DNA from: an uncultured beta proteobacterium
Lineage (GTDB): Bacteria > Pseudomonadota > Gammaproteobacteria > Burkholderiales > Rhodocyclaceae
Direction: 5' to 3'
Length of the DNA: 42,099 nt
NCBI GenBank assembly: GCA_903933395.1
Contig: CAIZKA010000082.1
Coordinates: forward strand, 1-42,099
Shown here piece after piece: positions 19,274-30,163 of this stretch. Made by a program: the position numbers and the translations under genes. Below the pieces are notes generated by a model. The model did no database searches and was not told where the DNA came from. It worked only from the letters and a program-made list of their open reading frames with translations. Position 1 is the stretch's first letter. Every line of letters begins with the position of its first letter.

Positions 19274-21684
19274 TCATTCCACCCTCCAGGGCTTCCAGTA
19301 CAACTTCGGCGTCTGGCCGTGCATCGCGCGGTAGACCTTTTCCGGGGTGAAGGGCAGCTCGAACATTCTTACGCCGGTGGCATTGGCGATCGCGTTGGCC
19401 GCCGCGGCGGCCATGCAGATGGCCGGCGCCTCGCCGACGCCCTTGGCGCCCTGCGGGCCTTCGCCGTCCATGGACTCGATGAAGGCGATGTCCATTTCCG
19501 GGATCTCGGGGGCGGTCACCAGCTTGTAGTCGCGGAAGTTCGGGTTCTTCATGATCCCATTTTCCATTATCAGATCTTCGGTGAAGGCATAGCCCTGGCC
19601 CATCACCACGCCGCCCTCGATCTGGCCCTCGATGCCGAGCCGGTTCAGCACGCGGCCGACATCGTGGGCGCCGGTGACCTTGACCAGCTTGATGAAGCCG
19701 GTGTCGGTGTCGAGTTCGATCTCAACCACCTGCGTGCCCCAGGCGTAGGCCGCCGAGACGTCGCCCTTGAAGCCCTTGTCCTGGTGCACGCTGGGCGGCT
19801 CGTAGTAGAAGGTGGTCATCACCAGTTCGGCCTTGTCCTGGAAGTGCAGGTTGCGCAGGAGTTTCGAGAGCTCGATCACGACTTCGCCGCTGTCGCCGCG
19901 GATCACGAAGCCGCCGCGCAGGTCGAGGGACTCCTCGGCGCACTCGAACTTCTTCGCCGCCACGGCGAGGATCTTGCTCTTGGCCTTCTTCGCCGCACCG
20001 ATCGCCGAATTGCCGGCGATGAAGGTGGTGCGGCTGGCATGCACGCCGACATCCCAGGGGGTGATCGCGGTGTCGTTGTTGACCACCGTGATCGCCGAAA
20101 TCGGCAGGCCGAGTTCCTCGCAGACCAGCTGCGAGAGCACGGTTTCCGAACCCTGGCCGATTTCCGAGGCGCCGGTGATCAGCGTGACATTGGCGAAGTC
20201 GTCCATCTTGAGGATGGTGCCGCAGCCGTCGGAAGGGTAGATCTTGGCGCCGCCGCCGACGTGCAGCATCGAGGCCATGCCGATGCCGCGCTTGATATTG
20301 CCGGGCTTCTTGCGATTGGCCGCGTTCTCCCTGAACTTGCGCGAGAAATCGCTGCGCGTTGCCGCCGTGGTGATGCAGTCCTTGAAGCCGCAGCTCTTGA
20401 AGCTCATGCCCTGGCCGCTGACTTCGCCGGCATCCTGGGCGTTCTTCATGCGGAATTCGAGCGGGTCCATGCCGATCGCCTCGGCCAGCATGTCCATGTG
20501 CTGCTCGATGGCGAAGGTGGCCTGCAGGTTGCCGTAGCCGCGGAAGGACCCGGCATAGGGGTTGTTGGTATAGACCGCGGCCGTGTGGTAGTCGCAATGC
20601 GGCACGCGGTAGAGCGAGGAGAAGGTCTGCATCATGACGAAGGGCGTGGTGGCGCCCCAGGAGGTGTAGGCGCCGTTGTCATGCAGCGTATGGACCTGGC
20701 GGAAGGTCAGGGTGCCATCCTTTTTGCAGCCGCTGCGCAGGGTCAGCAGCACCGGCTGGCGCGTCGGCGAGGCAAGGAATTCCTCCTCGCGGGTAAACAG
20801 CATCTTCACCGGGCGCTTCGCGGCGCGGGCGAGGTAGAGGCAGATCACCTCGAAGGGATAGATGTCGAGCTTGGAACCGAAGCCGCCGCCGATCGGCGGC
20901 TGGATGATGCGGATGCGTGCCGGGTCCATGTTCAGGTATTCGGCGAACTCGCGCTTGTGCAGGAAGGGCACTTGCGTGTTCGAATACATCAGCAGGTTCC
21001 CCGAGGCGTCGAACTCCGCGATCATGCCCGAGACGCCCATGCAGCAATGGGTTACGTAGTGCAGCTTGAAGGTGTCCTCGACCACCACGTCGGACTCGGC
21101 CTCGCCCTGCACCACGTCGCCGTGGGCGTAGTCGAAGCGCATCGCGATGTTGTCGGGCTTGCCCTTGTGGGCGATCGACATGCCCTGCTTGAGATGCTCG
21201 TGGCTGCCGTCGGCGCCGTGCGGCTCGGGGTGGATCAGGGCGGCGCCGGGTTTGATGGCTTCCTCGGGATCGGAGATGACCGGGAGGTCTTCGTACTCAA
21301 CCTTGATCAGCTTCAGCGCAGCCTCGGCGATTTCCTCCGACTCGGCGGCCACGGCGGCGATTTCGTCGCGCTGGCTGCGCACGCGGCCGACCTTGAGCGG
21401 GAAATGGTCCTTGGCAACGCCAATGGGTCGCTGGTCGGGAATGTCGGCGGCGGTAATCACCACGTGCACGCCGGGCAGGGCTTTCGCCGCCGAGGTGTCA
21501 ATCGACTTGATCAGGGCGTGGATGCGGCCCGAGCGCAGGATCTTGCCGTGCAGCTGGCCGGACAGGTTGATGTCGTGGATGTAGCGCGTGCGGCCGCTGG
21601 CCTTTTCCGGCGCATCCATCTTGGCGATGCGCTTGCCGATCAGCGTTTCCGGCTCTATGACGCGATTCTTCTTTTCGGCGATCG

Positions 21685-21688
<4 letters not shown>
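19274..21688 (-). CDS. iaaK: Xanthine dehydrogenase family molybdopterin-binding large subunit, IaaK-like
   Basis: Real start MTIAEKK at 21688 (ATGA overlap). Motifs GGGFGSK, SFRGYG, GQG, HASRTT, GQIEGG, AKGVGE. Confidence 0.85.
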
Positions 21689-22147
<459 letters not shown>

Positions 22148-22164
<17 letters not shown>

Positions 22165-23014
22165 GGCTGAGTATCCTTTTTGTAATGTTGTGGATCATTT
22201 CCTTGCGGTACCAGGCCGTGGCGCGGACATCGTCGATCGGCTTGACTTCGTCGCGGGCGATTGCCGCCACCTTGTCGATGGTGGCCTCATCGAGGCGCTG
22301 GCCTTCCAGGGCCTGCTCGGTCTGCGCGGCGCGAGTCGGCGTTGGCGCTACGGCGCCGAAAGCCACGCGTACATTGCTCAGCGAGCCGTCCACGAGCGTG
22401 CCGGCGATGCCGATGGAAATGGTCGAAATATCGAGCGCCGGGCGCGTGCCGTGCTTGTAGAAGCGCGCCACGTGGTTGGCCTCGGGAATCGGAATGCGCA
22501 CGCCGGTGACCAGTTCGCACAGCGACTTGCGCGTCTTGCCGGGGCCGACGAAGAAGGTCGACAGCGGCATGCAGTGGCGGTAAATCTTGGCCTCCGGCAT
22601 CGAGGCCAGCTCCACGCAGGCATCCAGCACCAGCAGCGGTATCAGCATGTCGCCGGCAGGGGAAGCGTTGCAGATGTTGCCGCCGATGGTGCCGGCATTG
22701 CGGATCTGGTCGCTGGCAAAATGGTCGCAGGCCTCGACCAGCACCGGCAGGCGTTCCTTGATCAGCGGATGCTCCATGATCTCGGTGATGGTGGCCAGCG
22801 CACCGATGCGGATCTCCCTGCCTTCCAGCGTAATCCCCGAGAGTTGCGGTATGTGGCGGATGTTCATCAGCGTGTGCTTGAACTTGATCCGCCCGGCCTG
22901 GGATTGCGGTGTCAGATCGGTGCCGCCGGCCAGGATGGTGACGTCGCCGTCCTTGAGGCGCTCGACCGCCTGGTCGAGGCTGGTGGGCGCGAAGTAGTGT
23001 TTGAGTTCGGTCAT
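22148..23014 (-). CDS. iaaI: Xanthine dehydrogenase family FAD-binding subunit, IaaI-like
   Basis: LAGGTDL, QIRNAGTIGGNICNASPAGD, PIDDVRATAWYR. Confidence 0.87.
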
Positions 23015-23066
23015 TGGATATTCTTCCTAAAGCCCACTATGGACATTGCTGCCTCCGAGAATAAAA

Positions 23067-23137
23067 CTCGTCATTCCGGGCTTGACCCGGAATCCAGCGG
23101 CTTTCTTCTGGATACCGGCGTGCGCCGGTATGACGAG
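23067..23137. repeat. REP-like doublet palindrome, same family as 19164-19238
   Basis: CTCGTCATTCCGGGCTTGACCCGGAATCCAG ... CTGGATACCGGCGTGCGCCGGTATGACGAG. Confidence 0.85.
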
Positions 23138-23183
23138 CTTTCGAGGTGTTTGATGAAATATTCGGTTTTTCACGTCAATCCGC

Positions 23184-24797
23184 TCAGAACCGGATCGGTT
23201 CCTGGTAGCGCCCGAATACATTGACAAGTTCCCTGGTCATTTCGCCGACGCTGGCATAGGCCTTGACCGCCTCGACCAGCGCCGGCATCACGTTGCGGCC
23301 GGAAGCGGCGTCGGTGCGCAGACGCGACAGCGCGGCATTGACTGCCGCGTTGTCGCGCTCGGCGCGGATGCGCTGGAGGCTCTCCATCTGCACGCGCGCA
23401 TCGTCCTCGTTGTAGGGGTGAAATTCGACCGGATGATCTTCCTCCTGCTCGTTGCGGTAGCAGTTGACGCCGACCTTGGGGAATTCTCCGGATTCGATCT
23501 TGCGCTGCATGCCATAGGCCTGGGCCGAGACCTTGGCCTGGATCGTGCCTTCGGCCACCATCTTGACGATGCCGCCCTGGGCATCGACCTCCGCCATGAT
23601 CTCTTCCATTTTCCTGCGCATCTCGTTGGTCATGGTCTCGACGTAGAAGGAACCGGCCAGCGGATCGACGGTCTCGGTCAGGCCCATTTCCTCGATCAGC
23701 AGCTGCATGGTGCGCAAGGAAATGCGCGCCGAGTACTCGGTGGGAATCGTGTAGGCCTCGTCGTAGGAACACAGCGCCATGGTCTGCGTGCCCGACAGCG
23801 CCGAGATCAGCGCGTAGTAGGCGCCGCGCATGATGTTGACCTCTGGCTGCTCGAAGGTGAGGCCGCCGCCGCCGCCGGCGGCGATCATGCGCAACCACAT
23901 CGAGCCGGGCTTTTCGGCGCCGTACTCTTCCTTCATGATCTTGGCCCACAGTCCGCGACCGGCGCGGAACTTGCACACCTGCTCGAAGATGTTGCCGAAG
24001 ATGTTGAAGTTGTAGGACAGGCGTCCGGCGAATTCGTCCACCGGCAAGCCGCGCCGGATTGCATCGTCGGCGTAGGCTTTGGCGATGCAGAAGGCGTAGG
24101 CGATTTCCTGGGCCGGCGTCGCCCCGGATTCGCGGATGTGGTAGCCGCAGACCGAGACCGGCGTGTACTTCGGCGCTTCCTTGGCGCAGTACTCGATGGT
24201 GTCGCCGACCAGGCGGATCGAGGGCTCGACCGGGAAGATCCAGGTGCCGCGGCCGATGAATTCCTTGAGGATGTCGTTCTGAGCCGTGCCGCGCAGTTCC
24301 TTGATGTCGTAGCCGCGCTTCTCGGCCATCGCCAGGTACATCGCGATCAATATCGCCGCCGCGCCGTTGATGGTCAGCGAGACGGTGATCTTCTTCAGGT
24401 CGATGCCGTCGAAGGCGATCTCGAAGTCGCGCAGGGTGTCGATCGACATGCCGACACGGCCGATCTCGCCCTCGGCCAGGGGGTCGTCGGAATCAAGACC
24501 GATCTGCGTCGGCAGGTCGAAGGCGACGTTGAGCCCGGTCTGGCCGTTGGCGATCAGGTACTTGAAGCGCTGGTTGGTATCGGCCGGGTTGCCGAAGCCG
24601 GCGTACTGGCGCATGGTCCAGGGCTGCTTGCGGTACATCTCGCGGTGGATGCCGCGCGTGAAGGGGTATTGGCCGGGCTCGCCGACCATCTCCATGCCGC
24701 CGCTGGCTTCGACGTCCGCCGCCGTGTACAGCGGCTTGACCTCGATGCCGGACTCGTTGATGACTTTTTTCAGTTCGGGCTTCTGCGGCGCGTTCAT
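23184..24797 (-). CDS. iaaH: B12-dependent acyl-CoA mutase, substrate-binding subunit, IaaH-like
   Basis: Start MNAPQKP at 24797 (ATGA overlap). PGQYPFTRG, WTMRQYAGF, AFDLPTQ, GTAQNDILKE, GYHIRESG, DPLAGS. Confidence 0.87.
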   Translation of the reverse strand: MNAPQKPELKKVINESGIEVKPLYTAADVEASGGMEMVGEPGQYPFTRGIHREMYRKQPWTMRQYAGFGNPADTNQRFKYLIANGQTGLNVAFDLPTQIGLDSDDPLAEGEIGRVGMSIDTLRDFEIAFDGIDLKKITVSLTINGAAAILIAMYLAMAEKRGYDIKELRGTAQNDILKEFIGRGTWIFPVEPSIRLVGDTIEYCAKEAPKYTPVSVCGYHIRESGATPAQEIAYAFCIAKAYADDAIRRGLPVDEFAGRLSYNFNIFGNIFEQVCKFRAGRGLWAKIMKEEYGAEKPGSMWLRMIAAGGGGGLTFEQPEVNIMRGAYYALISALSGTQTMALCSYDEAYTIPTEYSARISLRTMQLLIEEMGLTETVDPLAGSFYVETMTNEMRRKMEEIMAEVDAQGGIVKMVAEGTIQAKVSAQAYGMQRKIESGEFPKVGVNCYRNEQEEDHPVEFHPYNEDDARVQMESLQRIRAERDNAAVNAALSRLRTDAASGRNVMPALVEAVKAYASVGEMTRELVNVFGRYQEPIRF

Positions 24798-25195
24798 TTG
24801 ACATTGCTCCGGATGTACTCGGTGATGGCATCGAGTTTCGAGCCGGAGGGGAAGATGCCCTTGAATCCCAGCTCGCGCAGGGCCTGGTGGTCCTGCGCCG
24901 GCAGGTTGCCGCCGATGACCCAGAGCTTGTCGGTCAGGCCGGCCTCTTCGAGCAGGGGCTTGAGCTTGCGGCAGAATGGAATATGCGAGCCGGCCATGCT
25001 GGACAGCGAAATCACGTCGACGTCCTCTTCGAGCGCGATGCGCGCGATCTGCTCCGGGGTCTGGCGCAGGCCGGTGTAGATGACTTCGAAACCGGCATCC
25101 ATCATGGCGCGCGCGACGACTTTGGCGCCCTGGTCGTGGCCGTCGAGGCCGGGTTTGCCCAGCAGGACTTTGATCCTGCGTTCTGTTGCGTTCAT
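24794..25195 (-). CDS. iaaG: B12-binding subunit of acyl-CoA mutase, IaaG-like
   Basis: Start MNATERR at 25195 (ATGA overlap). DxHxxG motif in KPGLDGHDQG; SLSS; IGG. Confidence 0.87.
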   Translation of the reverse strand: MNATERRIKVLLGKPGLDGHDQGAKVVARAMMDAGFEVIYTGLRQTPEQIARIALEEDVDVISLSSMAGSHIPFCRKLKPLLEEAGLTDKLWVIGGNLPAQDHQALRELGFKGIFPSGSKLDAITEYIRSNVK

Positions 25196-26325
25196 GACGA
25201 TACTTCTTTCGCAATGATGAGTTTGAGTATCTCGCTGGTGCCGCCGCCGATCAGGGTGAAGCGCACGTCGCGCAGGTAGCGCTGCACCGGATATTCCATG
25301 GCGTAGCCGTAGGAGGCGAAGACCCGCGCGGCCTTGTCGCAGACCGTGGCCGCGGTTTCGGTGGCGAACAGCTTGGCCATGGCCGCTTCCTTGTGATAGG
25401 GCTTGCCCGAGTCGCACCGCCACGCGGCGTAATACACCAGGTGGTCGGCGGCTTCGAGTTCCGTGGCCATCTCGGCCAGCTTCATCTGTATCGCCTGGTA
25501 GCGGTTGATGGCCTTGCCGAACTGCTTGCGCTCACCGGCGTAGCGCACGGCCTCGGCCAGCGCGGCACGCGCCACGCCCAAACCCATGGCGCCGGTGATG
25601 ATGCGGATCTCGCCCAGGGTCCTGCGCAGGTGGCCTTCACCGTCGCCTTCTTCCTTCGACAGTCGATGGCTGTCGGGGACGAAACATTCGTCGAAGGCGA
25701 CTTCCGAGGTGGGCAGCGCCCAGACACCCATCTTGTGGATTTCGCGGCCGACGGTGATGCCCTTGAAGTGCTTCTCGACGAGGAAGATGGTGAGCTTTTT
25801 CTCCTCGCCGGCCCGGGCGAAGACCGTGAAGAAATCCGCCACCGGCGCCGAGGTGATCCATGTCTTCTGGCCGTTGATGACGTAGCCGCCGTCGACTTTC
25901 TTCGCCGTGGTGGCGATGGAATCCAGGTCGGAGCCCGCATTCGGCTCGGTCATGCAGATCGCGCCGATCTTCTGGCCGGAGAGCGCCGGCTTGAACAGGC
26001 GTTCGATGATGTCTTCATTGCCCAGCAGGTGCAGGAACTTGGTGCCCATCAGGGACTGCATCGCCACGGCGCCCGCCAGCGACATCGAGCCGCGGGCAAT
26101 TTCCTGCAGGGCGAGACAGAACTCGGTTAGCGCCGTACCGCTGCCGCCGACTTCTTCGGGATAGCGCATGCCGAAGAAGCCGAGATCGGCCAGTTCCTGG
26201 AACAGGGCGCGCGGATAGACCTTGGCTTCGTCAAGCGCAGCCGCCTGCGGCGCGATGCGCTCGTCGCAGAAGCGGGCAAAGGTGTCGCGGATCTGCTGCT
26301 GGTCTTCGGACAGTTCGAAATTCAT
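25192..26325 (-). CDS. iaaF: Acyl-CoA dehydrogenase, IaaF-like (benzylmalonyl-CoA dehydrogenase type)
   Basis: MTEPNAGSD, NGQKTWITS, RKQFGK, YGYAMEYP, IGGGTSEI. Located between the hydantoinase and mutase genes. Confidence 0.82.
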   Translation of the reverse strand: MNFELSEDQQQIRDTFARFCDERIAPQAAALDEAKVYPRALFQELADLGFFGMRYPEEVGGSGTALTEFCLALQEIARGSMSLAGAVAMQSLMGTKFLHLLGNEDIIERLFKPALSGQKIGAICMTEPNAGSDLDSIATTAKKVDGGYVINGQKTWITSAPVADFFTVFARAGEEKKLTIFLVEKHFKGITVGREIHKMGVWALPTSEVAFDECFVPDSHRLSKEEGDGEGHLRRTLGEIRIITGAMGLGVARAALAEAVRYAGERKQFGKAINRYQAIQMKLAEMATELEAADHLVYYAAWRCDSGKPYHKEAAMAKLFATETAATVCDKAARVFASYGYAMEYPVQRYLRDVRFTLIGGGTSEILKLIIAKEVSS

Positions 26326-26329
26326 TGTC

Positions 26330-28012
26330 TCAGCCGGCCTCGTAGCCGTAGTCGCGCTTCGCCGCTTCGGCGGTGATCACGCCGTTCCTGATTTCTTCCG
26401 CCAGCAGTTTGCGGTCGCGCTTTTTCGGATCGCCGTAGCCGCCGCCGCCGCTGGCGACCTGGTGGTAGGTGGTGCCCAGCGGCACGCCGGTGATCAGGTC
26501 CTTGTTCTTCGGCACCACGGTCCGGCCGTCCGGGTAGTGCAGGCGGATGAAGTTGAGGCCGCCTTCACCGCCGCCGAAGAGGCCGAAGGCCGGTTCGAAG
26601 TCGCCGTCGCCGAAGGTCACCAGTTGCGTGTCGTCGGAACCGATCCTGAAAATTGTCTCGACGCCGAGCCCGCCGCGCCACTGGCCGGCGCCGGCCGAGT
26701 CGGTCAGCAGTTCGTGCTTGATCAGCGTATGCGGCGTCTGCTGCTCGAACATTTCGTAGTCCTGGTCGAGCACGCCGCCCGAGGCGTCGATCATGCCGAT
26801 GTGGTCGTAACCGTCGGTACCGAGCATGGCTCCGGAACCGCCCTTGAGGCCCATGAAGCCGATGTCGACATACTTCTCGTTGTTCTTCGGATCGATGCCG
26901 GTGGTCAGCGAGGCCAGCAGATTGTTCCAGCCGGCCGTGACGCGGTCCGGCATCACCGGCGCCAGTGCGCGCTGGATGGCGTCGGCGTTGGGCGGGCAGA
27001 GGTGGTTGCCGAAGGTGGTGGCCTTCGGGTAGGCGGCATTCAGTATGGTGCCGCTCGGGATGACGATCTCGATCGGTTGCACCATGCCCTCGTTGTGCGG
27101 GATGTCCGGATTCACCATCTGCAGCAGGGTGAGTATCGTGGCCGAGGCGCTCGAGGTGAAAGTACCGTTGACGAAGCCGTTGGTTTGCGGGTCGGTGCGC
27201 GAATAGTCGAACTTGATGTGTTTGTCCTTGACCTCGATGTCCACGCGTATCGTGTATTTCGAGCCGACGAAGCGGCCGTCGTAATAGACATAGCCTTCGC
27301 CCGAGTAGTTGCCGTTGGGAATCTTGGCGATCTCGGCTTCCATCATTTTTCGCGTGGCCTCGAACAGCGCCTGCTTGTGGTTCTCGTAGCTTTCAACGCC
27401 GTATTTCTTCAGCAGTTCCAGCAGGCGGCGCTCGCCGACGGTGCAGGCGCCCATCTCGGCCTTCATGTCGTGCTGCACGATGTCGAGGCGCACGTTGGCA
27501 AAGATCAGACCCCAGACATCCTTGCGCAGCTTGCCGCGCTCGACCACCTTGACCGGCGGAATGCGCAGGGCTTCCTGCCAGACTTCGACCGCGTTCGGGT
27601 TGTAGCCGCCGGCGACATTGCCGCCGATGTCGGCCTGGTGGCCCTTGACTGCCGTCCATGCCACCAGCTTGTCCTCGAAGAACACCGGCTTGAAGGCGGC
27701 GACGTCGTTGTTCTGGTTGCCGAGGCTGAAGACGTCGTTGTGGAAGATCACGTCGCCGGGATAGATCTCGTCGCCGAAAAACTCCTTGATGTACTTGCAT
27801 ACCGGCGCCAGGGAGAAGGCCAGGATGGGGAGGTTCTCGGTCTGTTCCAGCATGTTGCCGTCGGCGTCGTAGAGGCCCGTGACATAGTCCTTGGCCTCGC
27901 AGAGGATGGGCGAGCGTGTGGTCTGCTCCATCGAAATGCTCATCTCGTCCGTAATGGACTTGAAGGTTCTAGCGTAGACCGAAAGCAGAATAGGGTCGAT
28001 CTTGGTGCTCAT
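26330..28012 (-). CDS. iaaE: Hydantoinase B / oxoprolinase family subunit, IaaE-like
   Basis: IDPILLSV, RSPILCEAKD, PGDVIFHND, GHQADIGG, DSAGAGQWRGG, GGGGYGDP. Confidence 0.85.
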   Translation of the reverse strand: MSTKIDPILLSVYARTFKSITDEMSISMEQTTRSPILCEAKDYVTGLYDADGNMLEQTENLPILAFSLAPVCKYIKEFFGDEIYPGDVIFHNDVFSLGNQNNDVAAFKPVFFEDKLVAWTAVKGHQADIGGNVAGGYNPNAVEVWQEALRIPPVKVVERGKLRKDVWGLIFANVRLDIVQHDMKAEMGACTVGERRLLELLKKYGVESYENHKQALFEATRKMMEAEIAKIPNGNYSGEGYVYYDGRFVGSKYTIRVDIEVKDKHIKFDYSRTDPQTNGFVNGTFTSSASATILTLLQMVNPDIPHNEGMVQPIEIVIPSGTILNAAYPKATTFGNHLCPPNADAIQRALAPVMPDRVTAGWNNLLASLTTGIDPKNNEKYVDIGFMGLKGGSGAMLGTDGYDHIGMIDASGGVLDQDYEMFEQQTPHTLIKHELLTDSAGAGQWRGGLGVETIFRIGSDDTQLVTFGDGDFEPAFGLFGGGEGGLNFIRLHYPDGRTVVPKNKDLITGVPLGTTYHQVASGGGGYGDPKKRDRKLLAEEIRNGVITAEAAKRDYGYEAG

Positions 28013-30135
28013 GCCAGTGCCTCCTGATTTTCCATGAAGCAGGCCGCGGCGAGATCCTCGCGGCCCTTCTGCCAGATGACGAAAGAACCCAGGGCATCGA
28101 CCGCGCAGTCGTAGGAATCGCTGACGAAGATCGCCGTGGTTTCCTGTTCGATCATGGCCGGGCCGGTGATCCGGTTGCCGAAGTGCATCCTGTGGCCGTC
28201 GTAGACCGGGGTCTCGCGGAAGCTCTTGGTCTCGGGGATGTACATGCTGCGCTTGCCCTTGAGGGCCTTGGTCGCATCCACACCGTCCCAGGCTTCCCGG
28301 CGATAGGTCGGCTTGTCGGTGATGCCGATGGCCTGGACGCGGACATTGATGATTTCCATCGGCGTCTTCTCCGCTTCGAGCGAGTAGCCATAGAGCCGGT
28401 TGTGCTCGGCATTGAAGGCGGCAGCGATGGCCACGGTGTCGCGGCTGTCGATCAGTTCGCGCGGCACGCTGAAGGACACCTCGTGATACTGCTTGATGTA
28501 GCGGCAGTCGAACTTGACGTCGTAGCGACGGCGCTCCTCACCGATTCGCTCCTCGACCAGTTGCCGTGTTCCCTCCGCCGACATTTCGTCGATCATCGCC
28601 GTCAGTCGTGGCCAGTCGATGGCTTCGAGGCGGGCGACGAAGGTCCGCACGAAGTCGTGCTTGAGTTCGCTCATCAGCATGCCGAAGGCGCAGAGCACCG
28701 AGGACTCGCGCGGCACGATCTGCAGCGGAATTTCCAGTTCGCTGCAGATCAGGCAGGAGTGGATCGGGCCGGCGCCGCCGGCGGGAATGAAGGGAAACTC
28801 GCGCGGATCGAAGCCGCGCTTGATGGTGACTTCGCGCACGCCCTGGGCCATGTTGTTGCAGGCGACACGGTACATGCCGGCGGCTGCCTCCTCGATGGAG
28901 AGCCCCATGGGCTTCGCGATGTGTTCCTCGATCGCCGCGCGTGCTGCAGTGCCGTCGAGCTTCATCCTGCCGCCGGCGAAGAAGCCGGGATCGAGGTAGC
29001 CCAGCACGACATTGGCGTCGGTCGTGGCCGGCAGCCTGCCGCCTTTGCTGTAGCAGGCGGGCCCCGGATCGGCGCCGGCGCTTTGCGGACCCATGCGCAG
29101 CATGCCGCCTTCGTCGAGCCAGCCGATCGAGCCGCCGCCGGCACCGATGGTGTGGATGTCGAGCATGGGCAGGGCGATCTTGTGGCGGGCGATTTCGCCG
29201 TCGTTCTTGATCATCGGCGCATCGACGGCGACCGAGGCTTCAAAACTTGTTCCGCCCATGTCGGTGGTGATGCACTTGTTCTGGCCGTGCAGGCGGACAT
29301 AGAACAGGCCTGCGCCGGGGCCGCCGGCGGGGCCGGAAAGCAGGGTCAGCGCCGCCTTCTCGCGTGCCAGCTGCGGCGAGATGACGCCGCCGTTGGATTG
29401 CATGATCAGCAGCAGGTTCCTGAAACCGATGCCCTTGAGGCGGCCGACCAGTTGGTCGAGGTAATGATTGAGCTTGGGGCCGACGTAGGAATTCAGGGCG
29501 GTGGTGCTGACACGCTCGTAAAAGCGGATCGACGGCAGCAGGTCGGTCGACACCGAGAGATAGGTGCCGGGCATTTCCTTTTTCACCAGCTCCGCCGCCG
29601 CCTGCTCGTGGACCGGATTGGCGAAGGAATTCATGAAGCAGATCGATACCGCCTGGACGCCTTCCTGCTTGAACAGGGCGATGGCCTGTTTGATTTGCGC
29701 CAGGTCCAGCGGCGTGGTCTCAAGGCCGTGGCGGTCAAGGCGGCCTGTAATGCCGGCGCGCAGGTAGCGCGGCACCAGAGGTTTGACGTTGGTGTAGCGG
29801 TTGTTGTACTGCTCCTCGCGGATGCCGCGGCGCATTTCCAGGGCATCCCTCACGCCCTCGGTGGTCAGCAGGCCGCACTTGGCGCCAGTGCCGGTGAGCG
29901 TCGCGTTGGTGGTCACCGTGGTGCCGTGCACGATGGTGTCGATGGTCGGCGCGAAGGCTTCCAGCGACAGGGGCGGCTTCATGCTCGCGGCGATGTCGGT
30001 GAGGCCATTGACCACGGCGATCGACGGGTCGGCCGGGGTCGACAGGGTCTTGAAGATCGCCGGTTCGGCATCGTCGCGTGTGACTACAAAGTCGGTGAAG
30101 GTGCCGCCGACATCGATTCCGATCTTTAGCGCCAT
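28009..30135 (-). CDS. iaaC: Hydantoinase A / oxoprolinase family ATP-binding subunit, IaaC-like
   Basis: Start MALKIGIDVGGTFTD at 30135 with GGAG RBS. HGTTVTTNA, LLSGPAGG, DMGGTS, IGAGGGSI, GPQSAGADPGPACY. Confidence 0.85.
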   Translation of the reverse strand: MALKIGIDVGGTFTDFVVTRDDAEPAIFKTLSTPADPSIAVVNGLTDIAASMKPPLSLEAFAPTIDTIVHGTTVTTNATLTGTGAKCGLLTTEGVRDALEMRRGIREEQYNNRYTNVKPLVPRYLRAGITGRLDRHGLETTPLDLAQIKQAIALFKQEGVQAVSICFMNSFANPVHEQAAAELVKKEMPGTYLSVSTDLLPSIRFYERVSTTALNSYVGPKLNHYLDQLVGRLKGIGFRNLLLIMQSNGGVISPQLAREKAALTLLSGPAGGPGAGLFYVRLHGQNKCITTDMGGTSFEASVAVDAPMIKNDGEIARHKIALPMLDIHTIGAGGGSIGWLDEGGMLRMGPQSAGADPGPACYSKGGRLPATTDANVVLGYLDPGFFAGGRMKLDGTAARAAIEEHIAKPMGLSIEEAAAGMYRVACNNMAQGVREVTIKRGFDPREFPFIPAGGAGPIHSCLICSELEIPLQIVPRESSVLCAFGMLMSELKHDFVRTFVARLEAIDWPRLTAMIDEMSAEGTRQLVEERIGEERRRYDVKFDCRYIKQYHEVSFSVPRELIDSRDTVAIAAAFNAEHNRLYGYSLEAEKTPMEIINVRVQAIGITDKPTYRREAWDGVDATKALKGKRSMYIPETKSFRETPVYDGHRMHFGNRITGPAMIEQETTAIFVSDSYDCAVDALGSFVIWQKGREDLAAACFMENQEALA

Positions 30136-30163
30136 ACGCTGTTCTCCATTGCTGCCGCGGATT

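Noticed and set aside
23184-25214. Mutase reading frame stays open through the B12-subunit gene (likewise 19274-22024, 286-1629, 28009-30258), suggesting frameshift fusions
   Set aside because: Clear ATGA-coupled or RBS-supported internal starts exist, the extensions are Arg-rich off-frame text, and no slippery site was seen.
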